Origin: Acidobacteriota bacterium
GTDB taxonomy: Bacteria; Acidobacteriota; UBA6911; RPQK01; JAJDTT01
Direction of reading: 5' to 3'
Length of the DNA stretch: 64,000 bases
NCBI GenBank assembly: GCA_965263035.1
Contig: OZ253580.1
Coordinates: 5,888,001 to 5,952,000 of the forward strand
Shown here: piece after piece, positions 27,892 to 37,420 of the stretch
Layout of the letters: every line of letters starts with the position of its first letter
Numbering within the stretch: position 1 is the stretch's first letter
Notes under the pieces: model-generated
Databases searched by the model: none
Told to the model about the DNA's origin: nothing
The model's input: only the letters and a program-made list of their open reading frames with translations
Made by a program: the position numbers and the translations under genes

Positions 27892-29334
27892 GTGGGTTTT
27901 TCGCTCCTGGACTACACGATCCTGGTTCTCTATCTCCTGGTTACAGCCATCCTGGGCATCCTGCTGGGCCGAGGCCGGAAGGATCTGGGACAATACTTCC
28001 TGGCCGGGCGGAACCTTTCCTGGTGGGTCGTCTGTCTCTCCATTGTCGCTACCGAAACCAGCACCCTCACCTTCATCGGAGTCCCGGCCCTCTCCTACAC
28101 CGGAAATTTAACTTTCCTGCAGTTGGTCCTGGGATACGTCGTGGGCCGTGTACTGGTCAGTTTTCTGCTGGTCCCAGCCTACTTCCAACAGCGGTTACAG
28201 ACCGCTTACCAACTCTTGGCCTACCGCCTGGGGAAAGGGGTGAGAAACTTCTCTGCCCTCCTTTTTCTCGGAACTCGTTCTCTGGCGGACGGGGTCCGCC
28301 TGTTTTCCACCGGGCTCGTCCTTTCGGTAGTCACGGGACTCTCCGACTTTTGGGCCGTCCTCCTGATCGGCGCCGTCACCGTCGCCTATACGTTCTACGG
28401 GGGCATGCTATCGGTCATCTTTAATGACGTGGTTCAACTCGTGGTCTATCTGTCGGGAGCCGCCATCGCCCTGTACGTCCTGCTGGAAAAGATCCCCGGA
28501 GGATGGTCCCAGGCCATCAGTGAGGCGCAGCTCCACGGCAAGCTGCAGATCTTCGACTTCGATCTGTCTCTGGCCACCCCCTACACCTTCTGGGCGGGCC
28601 TGTTGGGCGGCGCCTTTCTGACCCTGGCGACCCACGGCACGGACCAGATGATGGTCCAGCGCTATCTCTCGAGCGGCACTTCCCGACGCAGCCAGATCGC
28701 TCTGATCGCCAGCGGCGTGGTGATCCTGGCACAGTTCGGACTCTTCCTTCTTCTGGGAGTTCTGCTCTTCGTCTTCTACAGGAACTTCCCTCTGGACCAG
28801 GAACTGGTGCAGACCGACCGGATATTTCCCATCTTCATCGTTCAGGAGTTGCCCTCGGGAATCTCGGGGCTGATCATTGCGGCCATCTTCGCCGCTGCCA
28901 TGTCGACGCTTAGCAGCTCCCTGAACTCCCTCTCCTCCTCCTCCATCCACGACTTCTACCGTCGGTGGCGGCGCGGAACCGAAGGCCACTACCTGCGGGT
29001 GTCCCGGCTGCTGACCCTGGGATGGTGCGGGATTCTGGTGGTCATCGCCCTACTGGCCAGGAACTGGGGATCTGTCCTGGAAGCAGGCCTGACCATACCC
29101 AGCCTGACCATGGGAAGCGTACTGGGAGCGTTCCTGTTGGCTCTGCGCCGTCGCAGCATTACGGAGAGAGGGGCTCTGACGGGTATGGCGGCGGGCCTCG
29201 CCACCATGCTCGTGATTCACTGGACGGGAGGAGTGGCGTGGCCCTGGTACGTTCTGGTAGGTACGGCCGTGACGTTTACGACGGGACGGATCGTTTCAAA
29301 AATAGGGAGTGGCAGCCGGGCACCGGGTCACTAA
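27892..29334 (+). CDS. Sodium:solute symporter (SSS family)
   Basis: YFLAGR, SIVATETSTLTFIGVP, YTFYGGM.SVI.NDVVQ, GTDQMMVQRYL, AAAMSTLSSSLNS. Confidence 0.92.
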   Translation: MGFSLLDYTILVLYLLVTAILGILLGRGRKDLGQYFLAGRNLSWWVVCLSIVATETSTLTFIGVPALSYTGNLTFLQLVLGYVVGRVLVSFLLVPAYFQQRLQTAYQLLAYRLGKGVRNFSALLFLGTRSLADGVRLFSTGLVLSVVTGLSDFWAVLLIGAVTVAYTFYGGMLSVIFNDVVQLVVYLSGAAIALYVLLEKIPGGWSQAISEAQLHGKLQIFDFDLSLATPYTFWAGLLGGAFLTLATHGTDQMMVQRYLSSGTSRRSQIALIASGVVILAQFGLFLLLGVLLFVFYRNFPLDQELVQTDRIFPIFIVQELPSGISGLIIAAIFAAAMSTLSSSLNSLSSSSIHDFYRRWRRGTEGHYLRVSRLLTLGWCGILVVIALLARNWGSVLEAGLTIPSLTMGSVLGAFLLALRRRSITERGALTGMAAGLATMLVIHWTGGVAWPWYVLVGTAVTFTTGRIVSKIGSGSRAPGH

Positions 29335-29352
29335 GAAACCGGAATTTCCAGG

Positions 29353-30006
29353 CTATTCGATCTCTCCGTGACCGAGCATCACCATGCCCAGCGTGAGAGA
29401 ACCGGATTGGGCAACCAGAGTCCATTGGTCCATATCGTTCTTCATGAGCTTGGGGCCGGTGACCTCGTCGTAGATCGGGAAGAGGCTGAGGGTGGCGGGA
29501 TGCCTTCCGACGGCAGCTTCAGCGCTGGCCTTCACCAACTCTTCGGGTCTGAAATCCATATCCGGGTCTCCATCCATCCGGGCAGGGATCAGAAGGAGGA
29601 AATCCCGGTACATGGCAACCCCCATGTGATTGCCGTCCGCCGGCTGGACGGCGTAGCGGAGGGTATAAACACCTGGTGCAACCGGAAGGTTCTTGTAGTC
29701 GGACCACTTCACGGCCAAGCGGACTGCGCCGACCAGGGTTCCCACCTTCAGCTGGCCGAAACTGACTCCCAACTCGGTGGACGGCGAAGACGCCTTCGGC
29801 ACATCCGCTCTCAACCAGAACTCGGCAATAGGCTGTCCGCCCTGCATGACGCGCAGAGCTTCCGGCTGGAAAGTGTTCCGGACCTCCTGGGAAAGTTCCG
29901 GCGGCGGGTCGACCTTGGCCGCCTCCACGGTCAAGGTCCCGTCCGCACCGAGGCACGGCGTCAAACCGACACCGAGCAGGACGATCCCCAGTATCCGACA
30001 GGACAT
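29353..30006 (-). CDS. Hypothetical exported protein
   Basis: Signal-like N-terminus, with a conserved-looking GVYTLRY..QP.DGNHMG...RDFLLL segment. Confidence 0.7.
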   Translation of the reverse strand: MSCRILGIVLLGVGLTPCLGADGTLTVEAAKVDPPPELSQEVRNTFQPEALRVMQGGQPIAEFWLRADVPKASSPSTELGVSFGQLKVGTLVGAVRLAVKWSDYKNLPVAPGVYTLRYAVQPADGNHMGVAMYRDFLLLIPARMDGDPDMDFRPEELVKASAEAAVGRHPATLSLFPIYDEVTGPKLMKNDMDQWTLVAQSGSLTLGMVMLGHGEIE

Positions 30007-30053
30007 GAACCGAGGTCCTCTGCGATCTCGCTGTCCGGCCTGCACCGAGTTCC

Positions 30054-30716
30054 TCAGCGCGTGAAACTGCCGACGAACGTCCCTCGGGTCCCGTAGGTTC
30101 CCCAACTGCTTCCCAGGCCCTCTCCCTGGAATCTATGGGAGAGAGTGAAGGCGGGACGGGCATCGGCCACCTCGGTCAATGGCGGATAATAAACCGTTTC
30201 GTTGCCGCAGATATGGTCGCCGTGATTCAGGGCTCGGGTCTGGAGAGACGCGATATCCCCAGCCTGCAGACGGGCAAAGGCCCTGGACGCCCCGAACTCG
30301 AGAGCGATGGGTGCGCGTTGGACCTGGACCAGGTTCTCCATCAGGTGGGGCGCTTCCGCCCGAACGAACGCCAACAAGGCCTCCTCCTGAGCTCCATCCG
30401 CCCGCTCGTCCACCACGACCAGAGACCGGGAGGAACGGTCCACGGCATGAGGATCACCCAAGGTGGACGCGGACTTCACGATGGCCAATACGCTGAGCCC
30501 CTGCAGCGAAACCCCGTTCCAACTCCCTTGGCGGACCCGCCAGGCGAGCATGGCCTCTTTCCCCGCCAGATTGACTTCCGCGTTGGCGAAACAGGGCCCG
30601 GTGTAAACGTCCGTCGTCCTCACCTCCAGATAATCTCCGGAGATGGTGGCATCGGCGGCAACCAGAGGCACCATGACCACGGCCAAGGTCAAGCAAGCAA
30701 CGATTCCTGTTCTCAT
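30054..30716 (-). CDS. DUF1326-like exported protein
   Basis: Signal peptide, GDYLEVRT.DVYTGPCFAN.E, AWRVRQG.WNGV.L.GLSV, CGNE..YYPPL. Confidence 0.72.
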   Translation of the reverse strand: MRTGIVACLTLAVVMVPLVAADATISGDYLEVRTTDVYTGPCFANAEVNLAGKEAMLAWRVRQGSWNGVSLQGLSVLAIVKSASTLGDPHAVDRSSRSLVVVDERADGAQEEALLAFVRAEAPHLMENLVQVQRAPIALEFGASRAFARLQAGDIASLQTRALNHGDHICGNETVYYPPLTEVADARPAFTLSHRFQGEGLGSSWGTYGTRGTFVGSFTR

Positions 30717-30868
30717 AACGACCCCCTATGTTATCGAGTCCCTAATCCTATCAAATGTATCCGTCGGACCAACTTGACCAGTCCGATCCGAACCAGGAGC
30801 CACCGTCAGTTCCGCAACCCACCGATTCCAGATCGAACCCAACCGGGATCTTCAGCCCTGAGCAACCA

Positions 30869-31084
30869 CTACAAGGGCTCGTGGCAACTCCGGTCCGATT
30901 GGCACCTCTCTTCGTTTGCCAGGTCCCCATCGGGTCCCAGGCAGGTCATGGTCTCGTTGCACCAGAAATACGCGTCATTGCTTGGGGGCACCGTGAGATC
31001 CGGCGCCGCCTCGACGTACATTCCCTTCCACCGCAAACGTCGGCAAAGTCGATACTTGATCTGCTCCACATCCAACATGATCAA
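30869..31084 (-). CDS. Small five-Cys protein coupled to the molybdoenzyme FAD subunit
   Basis: 71 aa: C..LRWK, FWC..T..CLGPDG, C...RSC. ATGA overlap at 31081-31084. Confidence 0.7.
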   Translation of the reverse strand: MIMLDVEQIKYRLCRRLRWKGMYVEAAPDLTVPPSNDAYFWCNETMTCLGPDGDLANEERCQSDRSCHEPL

Positions 31085-32070
31085 CTCTCCTCCATCCCGG
31101 CTGCCCGGAGCACGGCACGTTTGACGGCCACTCGAGCCAGTTGGATCTTGTACTTGTTCCGGCTCAGTGCCCGAGCACCTTCCACGGCCGCGTTACCGGC
31201 ACTCTCCGCCGATTCCCGGCTTACGGCTTTGCCTTGAAGAGCCATTGCAGCCTTTTCGGAAACCCAGGGCACCGGAGCCACGTGTCCCAATACGACACGG
31301 GCTTGACCGACGCCCCCTCCATTCCGGGTGAGAGCGACGGCGGCCGCCGCCAGCGGCCAGTCCAGTGCCTCCTTCTCCCGAACTTCGTAGGTTGCGTTCT
31401 GGGCCCCTGAAGCCGCCGGAACCATGATCCGGGTCAGAATCTCGTTGGGAGCCAGGACGTTTTCCCGCTCACCTTGGGACCCGGGAGTTTGGAAAAAATT
31501 CTTGAGGTCGACTTCCCGGGAACCGGAGACTCCTTGGATCGTGACCTTGGCCCCGAGTGCAATCAAAGCGGGGGCCAGACTCGAGGCATTGACGAATTGC
31601 GCCGCGCCGTCATTGCCCAGAATGGCGTGGTAGCGGTTGTCTCCAGGCGCGACCATGGACTTGCCGTCCATCTGCGCCAACAGTCCGAAGCCACGTCGAA
31701 AATACCAGCAGCGAGGCCGCTGACAGAGGTCTCCCCCGACGGTTCCGACAGCCTGGATCTGCGGACTGCGAATGCCGTCAAGCGCCTGCGCCAGCGCCGG
31801 ATAGTGAGTCTGCACAGAGTCCTGGGCGGCCAATTCGTCCAAGGTCACGACGGCGCCGATGCTGAGCCCGTTCCCGGAGTCGTAACTCACGCCCTGCAGC
31901 TCTTCGATGGACTTGATGTTCACCAAGCGGCCGGGTGTCACGATATAGTCCTTCATGAGACTCAGGAGATCGGTCCCGCCGGCCAGCACCGCCGACTCTC
32001 CTTCGTTACTCCCCAGGAGCCGTACAGCGTCCTGGATCGAGGTTGGGTTGGCATATTCGAAGGCTTGCAT
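31081..32070 (-). CDS. Xanthine dehydrogenase-family FAD-binding subunit (PaoB/YagS-like)
   Basis: FEYANP, LAGGTDL, SPQI..VGTVGG.LCQRPRCWYFR, VAPVPW, NKYKI. Confidence 0.92.
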   Translation of the reverse strand: MQAFEYANPTSIQDAVRLLGSNEGESAVLAGGTDLLSLMKDYIVTPGRLVNIKSIEELQGVSYDSGNGLSIGAVVTLDELAAQDSVQTHYPALAQALDGIRSPQIQAVGTVGGDLCQRPRCWYFRRGFGLLAQMDGKSMVAPGDNRYHAILGNDGAAQFVNASSLAPALIALGAKVTIQGVSGSREVDLKNFFQTPGSQGERENVLAPNEILTRIMVPAASGAQNATYEVREKEALDWPLAAAAVALTRNGGGVGQARVVLGHVAPVPWVSEKAAMALQGKAVSRESAESAGNAAVEGARALSRNKYKIQLARVAVKRAVLRAAGMEES

Positions 32071-34202
32071 CAGGCAGCTCCTCCTCTCTCAAGGGCTTCC
32101 AACACCCGATTGGGGGTAACGGGCATGTATGGAACGCGTACACCGATGGCGTTGGCCACGGCATTGGCCACAGCCGCGCCGGTGGAAATCACCGGAGGCT
32201 CACCCAATCCGATCACGCCCCGCTTTTCGTATTCGGGGCCCGTCATCATGTGCACGACCAATTCGCCGATGTCCCCGATCCCGGGCAGCTTGTAGAATTC
32301 CATGTCTGGATTCAACATCTTGCCGCTCACCGGATCCAGAACCTTCTCTTCGGTCAAGGCGTAGGCGATTCCCATGATCAAGGAACCATAGACCTGGCTC
32401 TCGGCAAGCTTCATGTCGATGATCAGGCCACAGTCCTGAACGGCCACGACCTTGTTGATCTTGACGATCCCCGTCTCCACGTCGACGGAAACATCCGCCA
32501 TCTGAACACCGCCCACGCCGCTGTCGCTGAGCTTGCCGGGACCGGGATTACTTCCCGACGCGCTCAGGGGGCTGGGACCGATGCGGGCCGCCGCCTGTCG
32601 CCAGGAAAGACTGCGGGCCGGATTCCCCTTGACCCGAACCCGTCCGCCAACGGCCTCCAGTTGATCGGCGGGGACTCCCAGGGACGGAGCCACCCGTTCC
32701 AGTAGCTGCTCCAGCGCGTTGACCGCCGCCCGGCGGGTCGAGGAGGTCACGCCCCCGACGGTGGTGCTTCCTCCGGAACCGCCCGAGGCGGGAAACCGGC
32801 TGTCGCCGATTCTCACGTTCACGGCTTCGATGGGGAGGCTCAAGGTCTCGCCCAGAATCATGGCGATGACCGTAATGGTGCCGGTGCCCAAATCCTGACT
32901 CCCCAACCGTGCCTCCACGTTTCCGTCGGGAAAGATCACGACTTCGCAGTTGCTCTGATGAGCTCTCCCGCCCCAGGTATGAATACCCAGTCCGAGCCCC
33001 CGCTTGACGGGGCCGCGTCCGCTGTCTCCCCGGGGATGCCAGTTCCGTTCCCAATCCATGAGCGCGGCCGCCACTTCCAATTCCTCGGCATAGGTGTCGG
33101 CTCGGGGTCCGGTAATGGAGACGTTCTTGAGAAACAGACCCAGGGGATCCATCTTCAACCCGGCAGCCAGGTCCTCCAGGGCACTCATGGTCAGGAAGCA
33201 AGCCTGAGGATGGTTGGGCGCCCGCCAGGCTCGTGCCGTGGCTTTGTTGATGACGATCGAATGGTGTGTCTGCTTCCGGTTGGGAATCTGGAAGATATAG
33301 GGGACGGGCGGACTGCCGCGCGAACCGGAGATCCCGCCGGACCCCCACGATTCCGAGGACCACGCCACGATGGTTCCGTCCGATTTGGCGCCGACCTCGA
33401 TCTCGGCGTAAGCCGAGGGACGGTCTCCGGCAATGGCCAACTCGGCGTCCCGCTCCAGGAACAGTTTGACGGCGGCATTTTCCTGCCGGGCCAGCTCGGC
33501 ACACTCGATGCCCCAGCGATCGGCGCTGAACTTGCTCCCGAATCCACCGCCCATGTATGGAGTGATCACCCGCACGTTTGCGGTAGGCAGGCCCAGCTTG
33601 TCTGCAAACTGCCCGGGCAGACCCGATACGGCCTGGGTGGAGCACCAGGCATTGAGCTTGTCTTCGCCTTCCCACTCGCAGACTTGACCATGGGGCTCCA
33701 TACAGCAATGAGTGATGGCAGCAATGCCGTAGAAACCCTTGCTGCGGACATCCGCTGATGCCATGGCCCCCACCGGGTCTCCTTCGGTCTCCTCCTTGGC
33801 AACCTCCTGGTCCGGAGCCCGGTCCCGATCCTCTTCCGTGACGAAGTGGGAAAGCACCTCGTAGTCGACTCGGATTGCCCGGACCCCATCCTCAGCCGCC
33901 TCTTCGGTCTCGGCGGCGACGGTCGCCACCTCGTCCATCTCCCACTTGATCTCGGAGCCTACCCCTTGAACTACCCGGACTGTCTTGACACCGGGTACGG
34001 CCTCAGCGGCCGAGGTGTCCAGGCCCGTGATCCGAGCGTGTGCATGAGGACAGTGCAGGATCTTGGCGAACAGCATCCCGGAGCGGTTGACGTCGTAGGA
34101 GTACTTGGCAACTCCCGTTACCTTGAGAGGACCGTCCAGACGGGAGACGCGCTTTCCGATGAGCGTCCTCTTGGAAGCTTCCGGCCATGAGTAATCAGCC
34201 AT
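32070..34202 (-). CDS. Xanthine dehydrogenase-family molybdopterin-binding subunit (PaoC/YagR-like)
   Basis: RLDG..KVTG.AKY, MEPH, GGGFGSK, WRAP, QDLGTG, SGGS, GLGEPP. Confidence 0.93.
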   Translation of the reverse strand: MADYSWPEASKRTLIGKRVSRLDGPLKVTGVAKYSYDVNRSGMLFAKILHCPHAHARITGLDTSAAEAVPGVKTVRVVQGVGSEIKWEMDEVATVAAETEEAAEDGVRAIRVDYEVLSHFVTEEDRDRAPDQEVAKEETEGDPVGAMASADVRSKGFYGIAAITHCCMEPHGQVCEWEGEDKLNAWCSTQAVSGLPGQFADKLGLPTANVRVITPYMGGGFGSKFSADRWGIECAELARQENAAVKLFLERDAELAIAGDRPSAYAEIEVGAKSDGTIVAWSSESWGSGGISGSRGSPPVPYIFQIPNRKQTHHSIVINKATARAWRAPNHPQACFLTMSALEDLAAGLKMDPLGLFLKNVSITGPRADTYAEELEVAAALMDWERNWHPRGDSGRGPVKRGLGLGIHTWGGRAHQSNCEVVIFPDGNVEARLGSQDLGTGTITVIAMILGETLSLPIEAVNVRIGDSRFPASGGSGGSTTVGGVTSSTRRAAVNALEQLLERVAPSLGVPADQLEAVGGRVRVKGNPARSLSWRQAAARIGPSPLSASGSNPGPGKLSDSGVGGVQMADVSVDVETGIVKINKVVAVQDCGLIIDMKLAESQVYGSLIMGIAYALTEEKVLDPVSGKMLNPDMEFYKLPGIGDIGELVVHMMTGPEYEKRGVIGLGEPPVISTGAAVANAVANAIGVRVPYMPVTPNRVLEALERGGAA

Positions 34203-34830
34203 TGGTCCCTCCTTTCAGGACCCCTGCCGCCTGCATTACGGCCGGGCGAATTCCGACGTAGGTTCCACAGCGACAGAGATTGCCCCCCAGACCCGTATTG
34301 ATCTGTTCCAGCGTGGGATTGGGATGGCGGTCGAGGAATGCCTTGCAGGCGACGACGAATCCGGGCGTGCAGAATCCGCACTGCTGGGCGTCGTGGTCGA
34401 CGAATGCCTCCTGAACAGGATGCATTCGCTCCGGGGTCCCCAGTCCCTCCACGGTGACAATGTCCTTGCCTTGGGCCTCGATGGCCAGGGTCGAACAGGA
34501 GTAGACCGGGTTTCCGTCCACCAGGACCGTACAGGAACCGCAGGTTCCCCGATCACAGATCTTTTTCGCTCCGGTCAGGTCCAGATGGTTTCGGAGCGCA
34601 TCCAGCAGGGTCGTTCTGGGCTCCAGCTCGACCCGATGTCTGCGTCCGTTCACCTGGAGCTTCATGCTCAAGGCTCCCGGACCCTCGACCCCATGGCCCG
34701 ACATCGCCGACGGAGCGCCGCTGATGCGCTGCAGCAGTCCCGTGGTTACCGCGCCGGCGGCGCCTCCTCTCAAGAAGTCACGCCGCGAAACGTTCGCGGT
34801 TACGTGTTCTTCTTCCCTCTCTTTGTTCAT
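34195..34830 (-). CDS. Xanthine dehydrogenase-family 2Fe-2S subunit with Tat signal (PaoA/YagT-like)
   Basis: SRRDFLRG twin-arginine motif, CDRGTCGSC...C, QCGFCTPG, GNLCRCG. Confidence 0.93.
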   Translation of the reverse strand: MNKEREEEHVTANVSRRDFLRGGAAGAVTTGLLQRISGAPSAMSGHGVEGPGALSMKLQVNGRRHRVELEPRTTLLDALRNHLDLTGAKKICDRGTCGSCTVLVDGNPVYSCSTLAIEAQGKDIVTVEGLGTPERMHPVQEAFVDHDAQQCGFCTPGFVVACKAFLDRHPNPTLEQINTGLGGNLCRCGTYVGIRPAVMQAAGVLKGGTNG

Positions 34831-35080
34831 GTAGCCTCCTTCACCACTTTGTCGCTGTCGGCAGGAACTTCGCTCACACTATAGAGCCTGTTTCCCTCCC
34901 CATGCAAGCCTTTGGAGCCTCAATTCCGGGCATCTCCGGTCCGAGGCGCACTGAGGCTCCCGGTGCGAAGCGGAGACACGTGAGAGCAGGAAAAAATGCT
35001 TCGTCAGCTGGCGGACGAAGTCTGTTTGCCGCGAGGAGTGAAGTTTCCCGAAACGCCAAGGCGGAATTCGTTGACCGCGC

Positions 35081-35173
35081 TTACTTGGAGTGGGAGTTCT
35101 TGCGGATCTGGTGACGGCGCTTGCGGCGAAGCTTCCCGCGCCGTTTCTTCTTCTTCTTGAGTACGCTACCCAT
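35081..35173 (-). CDS. 30-aa basic peptide, bS22/mS38 (AURKAIP1/COX24-domain)-like
   Basis: MGSVLKKKKKRRGKLRRKRRHQIRKNSHSK. Extended -10 TGCTATTAT at 35193-35201 (minus). Confidence 0.65.
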   Translation of the reverse strand: MGSVLKKKKKRRGKLRRKRRHQIRKNSHSK

Positions 35174-35433
35174 GATGGAATCTAACGCCGTGATAATAGC
35201 AGATGACGGCGTTTCTCCACAACTCGGACCGTTCGACCGGATTCCAGGCTGTTCCAACCCCAAAGGATTTTTGGGAACGCCGCTCGCTCCATCCCGGAGG
35301 GGTCTCCATACGTCTGCTATGATGAGCACTCCTACCGACTCCTCCGATGCCACGTCGATCCGCATAGCTGCGACGGCGCAGTCGGGACGTCGCCCGGAAG
35401 GTAAACCGGACATCGAGCGCGGGGAGCAGATCA

Positions 35434-35931
35434 ATGACAAGGGGTGCAGCATCCCAGACTGTTTCCGGCGATGTGGAGGTCGTTCTGTATACCGACGGTG
35501 CCTGTAGCGGCAATCCCGGACCAGGCGGTTGGGCATTCATCCTGGAGCACCGGTCGTCGGGCAAGACGCTGGAGGACAGCGGTGCGGAATGGCAGACGAC
35601 CAACAATCGAATGGAGCTTCAAGCAGTCATTGAGGGTCTCGCCAGGATCACCCGCCGCACCCGTGTCCACGTGGTGACGGACAGTTCCTACGTCCAACAG
35701 GGGGCAACCGATTGGATCTACCGATGGAAGGCCCGAGGATGGAAGAGAAAGACCTCCTCCGGCAAGGAGCCGGTCAAGAACCAGGATCTCTGGGAGCAAC
35801 TGGACCGGATTCGGAACGAGCATGAGGTGAGCTTCGAGCGGGTTCGCGGCCATGCCGGACACGCCATGAACGAGCGTTGCGACCAACTGGCGGTGGCGGC
35901 ATACCAACGGCTCAAGGGGGGCCGGCTGTGA
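35434..35931 (+). CDS. rnhA: Ribonuclease HI
   Basis: YTDGACSGNPGPGGW, TTNNRMEL, TDSSYV, W...GW, VKNQDLW, RGHAGH..NERCDQLA. Confidence 0.96.
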   Translation: MTRGAASQTVSGDVEVVLYTDGACSGNPGPGGWAFILEHRSSGKTLEDSGAEWQTTNNRMELQAVIEGLARITRRTRVHVVTDSSYVQQGATDWIYRWKARGWKRKTSSGKEPVKNQDLWEQLDRIRNEHEVSFERVRGHAGHAMNERCDQLAVAAYQRLKGGRL

Positions 35932-35987
35932 ATGGGTACGTTACCGTCCGCGTTTGGTGACGTGCGTACGCCGGCTTATTTGAGCTG

Positions 35988-36148
35988 GGAGCCTGCGCGG
36001 CAGAAATTGATCTACTGCGAAAGCGGTAGAATCGGTCCATATTTCCCCGATTTCTCGGCGAATAGAACAACTATGCACCTCCAAATCGAGAAAATCTGGC
36101 CTCGATTCCCCACTTTCTCGCTACGATCATTCCTACCGCGCAGACTCC
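35988..36148 (-). repeat. MITE-like family A, copy 3 (161 bp, inverted)
   Basis: Reverse complement of copies 1 and 2, between convergent rnhA and the di-heme gene. Confidence 0.88.
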
Positions 36149-36184
36149 TGGAAGACCGTCCGGCCAGTTACCCAGACCATGCCT

Positions 36185-37420
36185 TCAGAGAGACCGGAGG
36201 AAGGCCAGCAGCGCCTCGCGTTCCTCCGTGGTCAGGGCTTCGAACAGGGTTCGGCTGTCTTCGGCCTCGACGCGGTGTCTCAGAATCGCCGCCTCGATGG
36301 TTGCCGCGGAGCCGTCGTGCAAATACGGGGCCCGAGCCGCGACCCCCCACAGGGGCGCCGTCCGGATCTCCGTCGGGCCGGCGTCTCCGTCCTGGATGCC
36401 GTCTCCGGTTCCGACATCATGGAGCAGAAAGTCCCCAAACGGTCTGAATGTCCTGTTGCTGAGGGCTTCGAACGGACTGGACCCCGTCTCTAGAGTCGGC
36501 ACGTGACAGGAGGAACATCGAACCTCCTCGAAGAGTTCTTCCCCCCTTCGCGTCCGGTCGTTTTCCGCACCTCTCGGCGGCGGTCCCAGCAGGCGCATGA
36601 AATTGGCGAAGTTGTCGATCCCCCGCAGGCCCGTGGACGGGTCAGGCCCATCCTCAGGATCGGCGACCGCGTCGATGAGTTCCAGCGGCTCGCAGTCTCC
36701 AGCAGGACACATCTCGTTGAGGAACAGATCGCTGGTGATCCCCATTTCGTTGCGGTAGGCCTCTGCCCCGAAGGTGAACAGGGATGATTGCTGCGCCTTC
36801 CAACCGAAGCGCCCGGCGCGAGTCTCCCCCGAGTCCCGATCCACGACCCAATGGACACGCCCACTGACCCCGTCCCCGTCCTGGTCTTCCGGATCCTCCA
36901 AAGCCGCCAGGACCTCATCCGGAACCGATTCCACCAGACCGTCTCCGAACAGGGGGATCGGCTGCCGCCTGGCCACCACGTTGGCGCCCTCGGGGACCGC
37001 GGCCTGGATCGCATGGTCGGGGATGGAGAAGAGATGGATCAGGGACCCTCCCGGCGGGTCCTGAAAGGTTCCGTCAGCGTGCAGAGTCCCGGCCCGGACC
37101 TCGGTGATGGTGCTGGTCCCCCCGATGGCGGGAGTGGCGTGGCATTCGGCGCATGAGCGGCCGTTGTACAGGGGCCCCAGTCCTTCATCCGCGTCCTCCA
37201 CTTCCAGGAAGTCTTCGAGTCCCAGGCGGAAGAGTTCGAACTCCACGCCTCCTATTCCCTGGATGGGTTCGCCGAACTCGGTCCCCTGAACGGCGGTTCC
37301 CTGTCCGGCCCCCGGACCGGCCATCGCCGCAAGGACCAACATCATCGCCAGGATGGTTCCCCATTTCACCACCCCGGGTTGTTTCCACACGCCAATCCCT
37401 CCGCAGGCCTTATTCCACAA
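36185..37420 (-). CDS. Di-heme oxidoreductase (DHOR-like) exported c-type cytochrome
   Basis: GLGPLYN..SCAECH, P.FG.GL.E, GRFGWKA, EMGITS, CSSCH, D.LLHD.G, RTAPLWG, YLHDG, AILRH. Start uncertain. Confidence 0.88.
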   Translation of the reverse strand: MWNKACGGIGVWKQPGVVKWGTILAMMLVLAAMAGPGAGQGTAVQGTEFGEPIQGIGGVEFELFRLGLEDFLEVEDADEGLGPLYNGRSCAECHATPAIGGTSTITEVRAGTLHADGTFQDPPGGSLIHLFSIPDHAIQAAVPEGANVVARRQPIPLFGDGLVESVPDEVLAALEDPEDQDGDGVSGRVHWVVDRDSGETRAGRFGWKAQQSSLFTFGAEAYRNEMGITSDLFLNEMCPAGDCEPLELIDAVADPEDGPDPSTGLRGIDNFANFMRLLGPPPRGAENDRTRRGEELFEEVRCSSCHVPTLETGSSPFEALSNRTFRPFGDFLLHDVGTGDGIQDGDAGPTEIRTAPLWGVAARAPYLHDGSAATIEAAILRHRVEAEDSRTLFEALTTEEREALLAFLRSL

